A stretch of DNA of 64,000 nt from Paraspadella gotoi (taxonomy: Eukaryota > Animalia > Chaetognatha), in assembly GCA_051294375.1 (NCBI GenBank), contig CM119269.1, positions 11,142,883 through 11,206,882 on the forward strand, read 5' to 3'. This document shows, piece by piece, positions 13,990 through 27,800 of the stretch. A model generated the notes under the pieces. That model did not search any database. It was given only the letters and a program-made list of their open reading frames with translations, and was not told the DNA's origin. Made by a program: the position numbers and the translations under genes. The first letter of the stretch is position 1, and the number at the start of each line of letters is the position of its first letter.

Positions 13990-14033
13990 AAACACTGATG
14001 AAGACTCGAGCAAGAGTCGAAACATGTCTTTTT
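13990..14033 (+). ncRNA. Minimal type I hammerhead ribozyme within an ~80-bp-arm inverted repeat (13904-14085)
   Basis: AAACA-CTGATGA-A-GACTC/GAGTC-GAAA-CATG-TC^; the inverted arm supplies the consensus stem I partner TGTTT. The palindromic ACATGT stem III is typical of Penelope-like elements. Confidence 0.75.
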
Positions 14034-15809
14034 CTATTAAATAAAATCGTTTGTAGCACAAACATAAACTTTGTTTTCGCTAAATTCTTTAATTCTTTAT
14101 TTTTTTTCTGTATTATTTATTCTTTAGTTTATGCTCCAAATACTTCGGTAACTCGCGATTTTTTTTTCTATTTTGGTTGCTTAGCAGATTTAGTTCTATT
14201 TTGATTGCTTAGCAGATTTAGTCGACAGATTTTGCGGAATAATTTTCCGCAAAATCCTGTCGACATGGGGAAAAAATAATTAAAAAATTGTCCTGATGCT
14301 TTAAGATAACGCAAAATGATGCGGTTTTTTAAGATTTAACAAGAATAATAACTAGTCCAACTAATAAAACTATAAAAACAAATAAATCTAAAGTCGAAAT
14401 GAAAAATAAACTACAATCACAAAAAATCACAAATTTCAAAGACATTCTATTAAAAATTTTTACTTTAAAGAAAACGCATTGCAAGCTTACTTTCTTTATA
14501 TTACAGATATAATTAGCTTATCATGTGGGGAATATTTTGCCTTAGTTTCAATCAATTTAAAAAATGTTCAGTTAGTTTAAAATCATGAAATAAAAAAATG
14601 CCATTTTTTGACTAACCATTTTAAAAAATTCATTGCAGACAAACGGTGAAACATTAACAAAAAATGCTTCTACCCTAGTAAAAGAATATGAAGGCAAACC
14701 CAAAAGCGAAATAAATAATTTTTCTTTTTTGATCTTCACCTTGAAAATTAGTGCTAAAATTGAAAATGTATAAAAATGGACAAGATTTTTGAAGATAAAA
14801 ATTGCTTAAAAACTATCTTTACTGTATCAAATTTATATGGGAATGGTTTTATTTACCCCATTGTTCGCCACTCTTTGTGATATAGCCCAAAGTATAAAAA
14901 ATTTAACATTCATATTTGAATAATAAGGAGATTCAGTTCATTTCTTGACAAAAGGCTTTTCGTAGACACTGCCAACAATTATTACTATCTCTTCATTGGT
15001 GAGCTCGATTTCCAAACACAACAGCAACTTTCAGTCGACATGCCTCAACCTGGCGACACACTTTCCGCCAACAACACATCAGGCGACATGGCTCAACTTG
15101 GTGCCGAACTTTCCACCAACAATTCACTAAAGAGACGCAACAGACTTCTCCCTAGGGGAGGGGGGATGTATGGTGGACGAAAAATCCACCATTGAACGGT
15201 TCTATCACTAACTCATAACAATTATTACTGTCTCTTCACATAAAAATTTAATATATTAGATTTGATTATTATTTATTTCGTATTTAATACTGTAATGGGG
15301 AGAGTGATTTTAGTGTCTTCTGGAAATAGTATCGGAGATAATAATTAATATGGGCTTTTCCCAACCATCTGTTCCAAAACTTTGGAAGAACAACAGGTAG
15401 CGCTGTGAATGAGTCTTTTGTTTATATTTCCTTGCTTCTGCTCGTACCAACGAACTAGCCAATCAACGCTGAAACTGACTGATGGGCAACGAACAACCAA
15501 TCAATTGTATATGGTACATTTTTTATTAAAGTTCATATCATTAATTATTGTGATTTTGCACCCTGGGAGCGAAAAAGTGTTCTTTTCGATCACTATTATT
15601 TCTTACCTCCGGCAATAGTTATTTCGATGACTAATATTGATGTGCCTAAACCCGTGACGAGCCAGTCATCATTCTAGAAAATCTTCCTCACTCTTTTCAG
15701 AGCGAAAAATTTTTTTATATTGTGTGTCGTAGACAATATTGGTTGTATAAATTTTTAGTGGAGAAACTACTAACTTTTTCCATGTCTTCGCCGTAAACTG
15801 CTACCGGAA

Positions 15810-18800
15810 ATGCTTGATATGACGGATTTGGACACGTTTCCGCTCAACATGAATAGTGACGTTCCTTCCCAGCGAAAAGCTAAATGGTCCTTTAAGGTCA
15901 GTCAATAGTTATCACCAATTTTTACTCTTTAATATCAATTTAACTACGTACGTTATGTTGACCATTTCACTAGATCATCCATGAGACGGTTGGCGTCTTT
16001 ATTCACGCGAGAGGTTCGCCGTCATCGACAGGAAATTCCCAGTCCCGTGGCGCGTCGCCTTTGCCCGATATCCTAGCGGGAAAAGTTCGTATAACAGGTG
16101 TGAGGCCCTGGGATGGTGACTAAGGTTTAGTATAGACTATGGAGTTACTACTTGAAAATGGATGAAAATCGTAGATAAAACTGTTCTCATGAAATAAATT
16201 ATACTGAATTTGACAAATTTTATTCCTGAAGTTAATATTCGAAAATTATCATCCTCGTAGTTGTGTTGTACAGGGAGGTCCAGCTCTTTTGGGACTTACT
16301 TGAAAAAATCGTTAGTACTAGTAAATAAAAAAAATAATTGAATGAAAATTAGTGCACCTGTAATTGTAATGATAATACATTCAATTAAAAATATTTACCT
16401 TTGGCAACCATGACCCTCTCCAAAGGTTCAGAGAAGGGGCTTATGCTTTTCCGACCGCGCTCGTTGAGAATGCTTTCATTTCTGTCACTATTATTTCTGT
16501 CAGAAAGTTGACAGTTCTAGATGGGATGCGTGGGACATTCTGCTATCCTACATTTTTATTAAACTAGGGGATTGCAGTCAGAAAAACTGCGCGGCCAAAA
16601 GTCAAGAGTCGCCATCTTTCATTTTGATTTTCAGCAAAATTTCTAAAAATCTTTTAAGGAAGTTGTGCGAAGAATTTTGACATGTTCTGCAAAAAAACTT
16701 TAATTACAGTATTTGCCGTTTGATTTTCCAGACGTTTATATCGATCAAAAGAAAATTTAGCCTAATTTCCAAATATAGTCCTGAGGCGAAAGAGGAAGGG
16801 TTTCGAGAGATAGACTGATCCTTAGTCGCCTCAGTCATTTTTTTCCTCCATCATGAACCGTTTTTGTGCTGAAAGAACTTGAAGTTAGTCCTGGACCTTC
16901 CTGTATTTTGTAACAAAGATGTCAATTTCTCTTCGATATTCAGAACGACTGCGTGACGGCCAAAAATTTATTCAATGGGTTCACGTTCCTAACTTCTCCG
17001 ACGGCGACGATAAAAGTGAAGATGAGGACGACGAACCCGCGGAAGTCAGTCGTTCGACCTCATTAGAATCAAAACGAAACGACACCGACGCTACCTGGCA
17101 AATCGTGGACGGAGTAGCCGGTATATTTGATGAAGAGAAATGACTTTTAAATATTTAAATCCTGTGTCTACGGTTTTTTTCATCAAGGTTAAGCCATTTC
17201 CCCTGCCTGTGAAGATCAGGACTTGGTGATTAATTTTATTAATTACTTCCTCTAACTTTCTCCAAATCTCTTGGTCCAAAAGGGTCCACTGGTCTTCCGC
17301 CTCCGCCTATTCCACCCCGAGCCTCCTCTTCTTCGTCGGCCTCTTCGGATCATCCTCCTCCGAAACTCGCTCCACCTTCTTCGGCCACCCCTCCACCGAT
17401 TCCCGCTCGATCACCCACCGCACCCGCCCCTCGCCTCAACGGCCACGCCCCCCATCGGCACTCTGGCAACTCGAGCGCCTCGCCCCGGGGCCCTTCCTCC
17501 ACTTCCTCCTCCATTCCGCCCTCTATATCCTTCGAGAAAGACTCATTGGCCGTCTCCTTCTGTGCCACGGATCCGCCCGTCGGTGCCGGTGGCGACGCCG
17601 GCGGCGATGACGACGAAGTGGACGACGAGGAGGCAATGCGTCGTCGAGGGATTTCGCCCACGTCGAAGTCTTTACCGCTAGCAAAGAGATACGAGACGCT
17701 CATCCGTTTCGAGATTGATGAACTGAGAAGCATCAAGCGGTCTCCTCAGGTTTGGGAGTTTTGGCATTAGACAGTAGACATTAAGGTTGTTCGAGTCGAC
17801 TTGATTTGAATATGGCAAATTTCAGAATTAATTCCAGAAGGCTTCATATTATAAAATGTGGTACCCCTTTTTTGTGACCAGAACAAAAGCTTTGTAATTA
17901 AGTTAACTGGGGAAGCGGTGATGGAAAGTTTTTAATTAACTCCGTTTTTTTTTTTTTTTTTTTGCCCTATCATGTAGGATTGCTCTTGGTCCTATTTGGT
18001 GCTGATATTGGCCGATGGAACTACACTACCGGCTCTGCACTTTCACGACGGTGGATCATCGGCCTTTGTGGCGGAAATCCAAAAATTACTCGTAGTCAGA
18101 CAGTAAGTCAAGACGAATTTAAATTATGACTGACACAAAAAATTACTACGTACGTATTATTTAGAAATCTCAAGATTAGCCAGGAAAAAAATTGTATCTG
18201 TCAATCGTTCATTTCTAGGTCTTCCTGCGATAGTCGACTTTTTCTTGTTACTTCTGCTGAAGCGGACCAAAGGTAAGGAGCCAATTTGCTCTGAAGCAAA
18301 CTAAAAAATAACTTTTTCGTTCAAACATTTTAGAGCCATGATCAAAAGCTTCGACGAGCTCAATTTATTTCCGGAATCTGCTCCAAATCTTATCACAGTA
18401 AGTACTATATATTATATTATTATTATATATTAATTCTATATTAACCCTGTATTTGTATATGTAAGCTAGTAATTTTTTGGCCAGAGAATATTTCATACAG
18501 GGTAATGATTCAAAACTTAGAAAATCCGTATCACTTCATCTTTTGTTTGTGACGCCTCGGGTGCATTTAAAGAAAAAAAATTAATTGAAGATACTCAACC
18601 TTAATGCAATGCAACAAAAACAAAAACAACTCCTGCCACATCATCCAAAAGAATCACAGCTGCTTTTCATAAATGCTTCTGAAAGATTGAGCCTCAGCTA
18701 AGAAGATGGTTTACCCTACGCCATTAATATTTTGGTTGAAAGTCATATAGGTCTCCCCCTTTAAAACGCCCTACTAAGCACAGTTTAAGGGAATTAGATG

Positions 18801-21800
18801 TAGATATTTTGCATGAAGCGATTTACTTGATATTTTATACAGAGCGTCCCAACTCTACCAGATTGGCTGAAACTGTGTGAACTAAATCAAAAAAAGAAAT
18901 TTTTACAGCATCTTAGATTTGCTTATGGCCATAGGATAGGAAAGATAAGATATCCCAGTAAATATTTCTAATTTGATTTTTCATTTTCTCTCTTTAAAAT
19001 TTTATTTTTAACATAGAAATGAGCTACTAGCGCGTATAATATTTGCTTTGGGTATGCTACATTTGCTACTTGCAGAATCCTTATAAATGCTCAAATCGAC
19101 TCGGGCTTGAGCGCACGGTTTCCCCACTTAGAAATAGAATAGTAGTTATTCTTATTCTTAAAAGCCTTCTTAATAATATAACATGCTGCTAGGGAACATT
19201 AATATATTTATTAGTGGTTTTAAGCTTTAAACCGGCACAGAGCAAATTCAACCTATGTTGCATTCTTTTTATTAGCGCAGCGTATTGTAAAAGCATTAAA
19301 AAATAAAATCTATATCACTATCAGAAAGAGAAAACAACAGTGATTATTTTAGTGTATTATAAAAAGATATTCAATAACTTTTTGCCTATAAAATCTGACG
19401 GTAAATATTATTCTAAGATTTGAATCACTACACTGTACATTGCTCAGCAATTAAAAAATATGATATGAAAAGGACTGACGTTTCATTATGATTTATATCA
19501 TAAAATGTCTTAAAACCCAATTAACTCTCGATTCACAAGTACAAGTACAAAATTTCAAAATCAACCTCATAAGACTGATCAATCATGTGTTTTTGCAAGT
19601 TGATGCAAAATATATCCGGAAGAAAAATAATAATATAATAATATAAGAAATATAACTAAAAACATAAATAAGATATAAAACCAATAATAAGTTTCCAGTC
19701 TACTTGCCACCATCCAAGAACTTTCCAATAAATTACATTTCAAGCAACATCTCTTCTTTTTAATTTTATCAAACTATGGGCCTGACATGCTACGCTTCGG
19801 CTTCCATCACTTTAAAAAAACATCAAAACATTTGTTTCAAATAAATAAATATACTGGCATTGATAAAATTTTAACTTTAGCTATAGATCATTTAATGCTC
19901 CTAAATGACAATTCGAGAAATGGTGGATTAGTTTCGATTTTTTTTATTACTTGCAAAAGTTAAGTTTAATCACATTATTACAGAATCGATTCAAACTTGT
20001 TTTTCCCCCAACTCTCGAGGTCATCCGGTGCATTTTTCTGTGCAGTACAAGGCAGTTCGATTCAATTAACGAATTCATTTTCACTGAAAATATTTTTAAA
20101 GTGAAGTTAAAAAATTGAGAAAATTGAAATTTTATTATTATTATTATTATTAATTGTTAAATTTTATCAACCATAGCTACTTATGTATGGGCAATGGGCA
20201 TAAGCTAAAGAAATTCTCGCATTATTAGTATCATATTTTCTTTTCTTTTAATTCTCATTGATTTTGATCGTGAATGTTGGTAAATTTATCGTATTAACTA
20301 TTTTGAATGACTACGTATTTTCCCGTTCTCTCTCTTTCGCTGGCTCGCTCGAAGACTTGATCTGATTAGGCAATCGGGAGTTCAGACTGTCAAACCCCAA
20401 CTACTTTCGAAAAGTTAATCTCCAAATTCTCCGCGATCGTAAAATTGTTCGTTTTCCGAATCTGAGCCTCAGCTTATTTACTTTGTTGAAATACTTATTC
20501 ACGACGTTGTCACAACTTTATAACTAAAACTTTGTTCCACTTTCTTCGATCGTTGTCGGCGATTCACCTCCGCACATCCACTTATTCTTATATCTTTCGG
20601 CGAGTTGAAATAATTTTCTTTTTAAAAGAATTTCAAAATACAAATCGACTATGAAATTAAATTTAAAATGGGCGGGGGTTCAAAACTGTAGTCTTGAAGT
20701 CGGCGTAAAAAATATATTTTTTAAAAAGTTCGATTTTAATGCTATCAAAATTACAATATTACTATGAAATTGGTACAACCAATATAAAAATTATCCATTC
20801 ATTTAATAAATAAGCTATCTTGTCCCTGACTTTGGACAGGCTTTGGTGGTTTAAGGCCTCCATCACACTTACAAGATAATAACATAGCAGGCTTCTGCAA
20901 GCTTTCAATCAAGACTCTCTCACAGTCTTATTTATTCACTCCCAGTGAACCTGGCTTTCCTATCAATGAAGTGGTATAATATTTCATATATAATAAAAAA
21001 AATGTTATCTTAAAATTCTGAACAAAATGCAAGCTACCCGAATCCGATCTTAAAATAGGGGTCGGAGCACCGCTCGATTCCAGCGGGGACGTCAATTTTA
21101 GACGTAACTAACATTTTATAAAATAATTACCATAACAATTGAACGAAATATGCTGACAATTCTTTGCGCACAATTTAAAACGATTAAATTAATATGATTT
21201 TTTTCCTTCTCTTTATTTCTTTGTTATTTCCCTAGCGGAACTATCTGAAAACAAAAGGCTCTTTAATTGTTTTGTTAAAAAAATGTTTTCGAGATCTTAA
21301 ATTTTACTTGAACATTTAGATTTTAGATAATGAAGTAACAACTAACATCTAGGAAAAGATCGTAAAAACGCCTCCCATCTTATGTTCATCATGCTTTATG
21401 CCTCTTGGAGACAACATTGTTCTTCCATTCCTATCTGACCTTATCTTCAGCTGTCCTCATCTCTAATATCTCTCCTCTCTAAATTTTTTTGTCTAAACTT
21501 TATTTGTATCTTTCTCTCTTTTTTCCTTTCACTCTCTCAAAAAATTTTATTACAAATTATGTATTTCGTGCTGATGAAGTCTTGCAATTAGAGCCAAAAC
21601 ATTTCTGTTTTAAATAAATCGTTGTTTGTAAACAAAGTTTTCTGATTATTCTGCCTTTAATTAGAGAAATAATTATTAAGTAATTGAAAGATTTTGGGAC
21701 CGGTCATTTTTCCTCGGTCGTTTCCGTTGACCTTTTCAAACCAGTCTTTTTTTATCATAATTGTTTATCAGTAAAAGATCGGCCGTATGAAACCATAGTT

Positions 21801-24800
21801 TTTACGGAATCTAAGGATTTTCAAAACAATTTTTTTGTACAACATTTATTCGTCATTTATTCAACATTTACATTCTTTGAGATTTAAAAATCCTTGCTCC
21901 ATGTTAAATTTGTTTTTAAAGCCTATTCATCCTACGGCCGACGCATCGAACGCGCGACCCTCGAGGCATAGAAAATAATAAACATTTTTACAGTAAAAAC
22001 TACGGTTCCTGAAGGCCGACAAGTTTTTTAAATTTGATTCTTTACGAATGATCAATTTTTTTTACAAATTATGATTAAAAAAAACCTCAAGCCTGTACGA
22101 TCTCTTGCGTGATCGTTGCGTTTTTCGAGAGGGGAGAATCCGAGAGAAAAAGATTTTAAAAAATGTCGCCGATCGAAGAACGGAGCCGCAATATCGAAGA
22201 AATAAATGTTGGACATACACTCTTGTTGTGGTTCCGCATACGCGGAAATCTTGGATGTAAATCAAGGGATTTTATTAGAGATAAATGGCGAAAATTAAAT
22301 GACGGTTTTAAATTAGAAAATATTATCAGATTTTGCTCTATAGAAAAACTATGTTTTGCAGAGTATAAAAAACGACGATGAACCTTTCATAGGCCTCATT
22401 AGAATGTTAACGTTGACCAGGGGAAAAGAGACGTGATCATACGGGGTCAGTTTAAATTGAGGTAGGAAAAAGAGAGGGAGAGAGTAAAATGACCGAGGGG
22501 AAATCATTCGTGCTGATTTTTTATGATTCGGGTAAGTTATTCTACAGCCAGCGACTTGAAAAGCGGCTAGAAATGGTCATATAATGTCACGTGAAAAGAC
22601 TGACCATTTACTAAACGATTTTTTATTATGTTTTGTTTAGAATTTTTTTTTAATCTTGACTTTCGCAGCAATTTTTGTAGTTTTTACTGCAGAAAAATTG
22701 GTTGGTTTTCTATGCCAGCGAGTTTGAGAATTCGAGATCGGCTGTCCGGTGATCCGGATTTTTTTTTTACTCTCCAAATCTTGAGAAAACGAATAACGAG
22801 GGTAATGTGGTTTGGAGCCTATGTTAACATTCCAAGCAGACTACATCGAATGCTCGTCGCTGCAGGTGTGAAAAGAAAAAAAACTTTTCACAGAAGAAGA
22901 TAGTTTATGTAGCTAGTGCTGTTTTCGAAGGTGAGAAAATTGAAAGACTGTATTTAAAGTAAAAAGTTTTTATTTTTATTTCATTCAACAAAGGGAATTA
23001 GCATGAAAAACGGAAATGTCTCGGGCTATAATATGTAAGCTTCATCAGCCAAAATTTTGATTTGAAAGTAATGGTAAGAGAGAAAGAGAAAAGAAGGCTA
23101 ACAATATAGCCAAAATGTCCGTTTTTTCATACTAATTACATTCATTGTATAAAATAAAAAAAATCTTTACTTTATTGCTCCTACGCAACGAATGAAAGAA
23201 ATAAAACAAAGACTGTATTTTAAAGTTTTATACCCACGCAATTCTTTCGCTTCCTTTCCCAAAAAAATGACTTAGTTACTTTGACAAAGATACATATAGA
23301 AAACATTTGAAATGAATGACTTTGTTAATGTTTTTCATTTTATGAAGTTGTCTTATTCTCTTGTTACTAACAATGTTAGCAATAATATTTGAAATAAATT
23401 TGTTGTTTAGTTTTTTGTTAGGAATTAAAATAAAAAATCTCTGCTTGGTATACAAATTCCAAAACGCAACGAAAAGAAAGGAAATTACATAGCTAGGAGT
23501 CAGGTAATTAGTCTATTTAGATAATAATTATTTCATAAAAGTTGGTAATTTAGAGGTTAGTTAGCTAGTATAGATTACTTGACTAGTTTATCATTAGATA
23601 TAGTCATTATTTATCATAGTTGATCTAAAACTTCCAATTTTTATAATTTTTGTTTTGTTCAACCTAATTGCATATTACAGTAGATTTATTCGAATGGCGC
23701 AAAGAATAGGTTAATTTCATTAGGCTGAATGGGGCTTAAAATCTTGTAATTATACTACTACGTCATTTAAAAACGTCCCCGCTGGGATAATAAATAAAAT
23801 AGTTTAATTTTAAGTATTGCTCCTCCCCCTACTTAAAAATAAAAAAAAACTAAACAAATGTTTAGCCTTTCCTATTTATAAATAAATATTAAAAAAATAA
23901 TATATGTGTTATAGAGTTATATTAAAAATATTTTGTCTATTCAATTTTTTTTTAAATGTCTAAAGTTTTATTTGAGCAGGTGCTTAATTCAGATTTACTA
24001 ACCACCTTACGGAAATAGGCTACTTCTATTCAAAAGGAATAACTCTCTGAAATTGAAAAATAAAAATATTCGTTTGGGATCCGCCACTGCCCTCGCTGAG
24101 TGACTATGTGGGATCGTCTATCGTCGTGAAATTCAGATTTTTTTTTACGATTGTCGTCATAATTTGCCAGGACAAATAGTTTCCTTTTTCTGGATCTGGT
24201 TTCGATTCTCAGAGAATTGGCGAAACCGGTTTTCTTCCTCCCGCTGCGACCTCAATTTCGCAAGCGGAACAATGACCCTTTTAATACTGTCGACAGTGTT
24301 TCAGTTTCCGTGACTTGTCGTTTGCCGAGTGTAAAGGTAAACATCTACTATCGACGATCATTTTCTTCCCGATGGCTCAAAGTCACAGACGTCTTGCCTT
24401 TTCAGTCATTGAAGAGGAAGAAATTTAAACGGCACCCTACGTTCGATCCAAGAGTCGTTGGACCGAACTAGATCCGCATTCATGGATTCGAAGACGGTTT
24501 TGGCTTTAAACGGTTCTCACTCGACTTTCGAAAACAAAAATGGGATCGACAAAAAAACGAACTCCATCGAGGAGTCGACGACCTCTAAAAAGCTACTCCC
24601 TCGAGCCGCGTCAGCGGCGGATTTGGCCGCGTCGGCCTCCAAATCGAAACGTCGACCCGCGCGGTACTTGTCACAGCTTAAACGTGAAAACTCGATCGAG
24701 TCTCTGCTAAGGTAATGCCCGAGTTCCTTTTCTCGTATTTGTTTTTCCGTGTCCGATTTTTAACTCCGTTCCGCTCGTAAATTGAAAAACAAATGGCGTA

Positions 24801-27800
24801 ATTTTTATTGAAACAAGATTATTCATCGGGTCCGGCGTCGTTTCTTCCCAGTTCCTTGTCTCGTCGCGGGTCGATGGCGTCCGTCTTCAGCGCCGATGGC
24901 ATCGAGGACGCTTCCCCGCGTGTTCTCTCTCCCGACGTTAATCCCTTTGGATCATCGCCTCGAATCAACGGCGACTGGTTCGGAGCCTTTCATGGGGTCG
25001 AGGAAGACGTCGCAATCGTTCCCGACATAAACCAAAACGTGCAGCTTATTGGGGACCCGCGTCGTAATGCCGACGCCGAATCCAAATTCTATCGCTTCCC
25101 CGAAACCGGCGTTGCCGTATTTCATCGAAGCAAACCCGACGCCCTCAACCGAATCCCAGAATGTGACACCGCGCCAACCCGCGAAGCCACTGAAGTCCTT
25201 GAGAATGGACCAGAATCTGAATCGCGGTTTAGCCGGCGTCTCGCCGCAGCGATGAATTCGGCAAAGGGCTTCGAGTTCTCCAACCAACGCCAAAGTCGAG
25301 ATGACGAGGACGACGACATGACATCCGTTTCGGACACGTGCGGTTCAGTTTCCTTCCAGGTTGGGAACGGAAAGAGGGCGTCCTCTTCTGGCTCCTCTTC
25401 CTTCTCGGACTTAACGCCTATTGGGACGCCGACCATTGAAAAGACTCCGGTCAAGAAGGGCATTAATGGAAAGGCTGGGGTAATTTAGTGCAAAAATGTT
25501 CTTTAAAAATAATCCTTAAAATTTATTGCCTGGGTTTTAAGCGATCAAGGTTAGGTATGACTGTTATTATTTACATAGTAAATATATGGCAGTTATACGT
25601 ATTATCTTTGGCAAAGATAAAACCCGCTAAATTGAAAATATTTTTTAAACTTCTAGAAACTGGTTCACGATCCCGTTACGACGACGCTGGGAGGATTTTC
25701 TCGCGTCACCAACTTTCTCCGCGAACAGATGGGGCCTCCAAAGGGCTCAAGAAGTTACAGGAACGAACTTCCAGATCCCTTTTCGGGTCCGTAGTGTTTC
25801 AAGGACGTTTGAAACTAGGTCTTAAAGTTAATTCTTAATTAACTGTTCTTTTCTCACCTTCAGACCTCCCCAACTTAATGTTCACGAGTCCGCAGGACGA
25901 CCCCGACTTTGAGATAATCACCCGCATCGACCGCAACTCTCCAAACGACCCTACCGATCCTTCCTCCGGTCGCGGATCCGCCTCTTCTGGCGCCGACAAC
26001 GCCACTCCCACCGTCGACGGGCAGAATTCTCCCTGGACTAGTCGACGCCATTCCCCCAAAGTTTTGGAAGAGCTTCCGCCTCGACCCGAAGTCGTTCGTG
26101 GATTGCCCATCACTTCCGCGGTATGAGTTAAAGAGAGATTTTAAAGGATATATATATTTTATATATTATATATATATATAATTTTTTTATCTCATTAACT
26201 GATTAAGATTTTTTTCCTAAAGGAATGGTCTAAGAACATGAACTCCGAAGGCCGCGTGCAAAATGTAGAGTCGCTCAAGCAGCAGATATTCCGCGGCGGC
26301 GTCGATCCTCCGCTTAGAATCGAAGTGTGGAAGTTTTTGCTCGGGTGAGTCGCTCTAACTGCTACCTTTTTCCTTACCTTCTTCATGTTTATTTCCTTCC
26401 TTCATCTCTATTTCCTTTCGTTACCACTCCGGAGTGGATTTTTTTAATGGGGCCCACGCGTTTTTTCATTTAGATATTACGACTACAAGTCCACCTACAA
26501 GGAAAGACAGGAACAGAGAAAGACGAGAGTCGACGATTATTTTAGGTAAACGATTTACATGGTTCTCGTTGTGTCATGTGATTACATTTTTGCATTTAAA
26601 CTATTTGTTTTCCTTCTCAGGATGAAGCTTCAATGGAAATCCCTGTCTTCCGATCAAGAATCTCGGTTCTCGGCTTTGAAGGACAGGAAAGCTCTCATCG
26701 AAAAAGACGTGAACAGAACGGACAGGTGATTGTTTCGGGCGTTTATCAATTTTTGATTCTTAATTTCATCAGATTTTGTTTGTTGTTTTTTTTTTCAACC
26801 CGACTTTCACCCCCTGCAGAACCCACCGGTTTTTTCAGGGAGAAAAGAATCCCAACTTGGACGTTCTTTCGGATATACTGATGACCTACGTAATGTACAA
26901 CTTCGATCTCGGTGGGTGAATTTTATATTTTGATATTGATAATCATTAATAAATTGATAATCAGCTCTTGCATGATGAATTTTGCATCAGGCTATGTGCA
27001 AGGAATGTCGGACTTGTTGGCCCCGGTTTTAGTCGTCATGGAAAACGAAGTCGACGCGTTTTGGTGCTTTGCTGGATTCATGGAAATAATTGGTAGGTCT
27101 CTCGCCCGTGTTTGGGATCACCATTAACTTGAATCTTTGAAATTATATGCCGATTAAAAATGCAGGAAAAAACTTTGAAATGGACCAAAGCACCATGAAA
27201 CTACAAATGACTCAGCTCCACGCTATTATCGAGTTTGTCGATCCTCAGTTAATGCAATATTTGGAGGTAGTTTATTAATTAATTTGGTATAATTGTGTCA
27301 CGGGATTAATCTAATATATGACTAAATTGTTTTTACAGAATCACGAGAGCGGCAACCTCTATTTTTGCTTTCGATGGCTGCTGATTCATTTCAAGCGCGA
27401 GTTCTCATTTCCCGATGTGATGCGTCTCTGGGAGACCCTGTGGACGGGGCATCCCTGTCGCAACTTCCACCTTCTCGTCTGCGTGGCGCTGCTTGACAAC
27501 GAGAAAAGTGTCCTCGTGGAAAACGAGTTTGGTTTCACCGGTGAGGCAAAGGGCCGAGACTGGCTTGCTTTAGATATAAATGATCAAATAATAATTAATT
27601 AGTATTGATGTTTGTGATTTGATTTATCGTATAGTATTAGTTATTGTACGGCGAAATTTTAAAGAAGTTGACATTAATTGCTCTGATGTTTTATTCCAGA
27701 AATTCTGAAACACATTAACGACTTGTCCGGAACTATTGACATCGAGTCTCTTTTGAAAAAAGCCGAAGGCATTTTCCTGCAGGTGAATTTCATCGCGAAT

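Larger units (their letters stand above)
13425..14973. mobile_element. Non-autonomous TIR DNA element (1549 bp), unclassified
   Basis: Perfect 16-bp TIR GGCAGTGTCTACGAAA / TTTCGTAGACACTGCC with 4-bp TSD AACA; the interrupted LTR sequence resumes exactly after it. Confidence 0.8.
13255..15238 (+). mobile_element. TRIM/retrozyme-like non-autonomous LTR element, family A (interrupted by a TIR element)
   Basis: 5' LTR 13255-14995 (split at 13425-14973), PBS TGGTGAGCTCGAT 14997-15009, internal ~170 bp, PPT AGGGGAGGGGGGA 15154-15166, 3' LTR TGTATGG...CTCTTCA 15167-15238 (internally deleted). No TSD seen. Confidence 0.7.

Noticed and set aside
16409-16445. SECIS-like hairpin ATGACCCTCTCCAAAGG...GAGAAGGGG
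   Set aside because: It lacks the 3' GA of the quartet and lies in an intron, not a 3' UTR.
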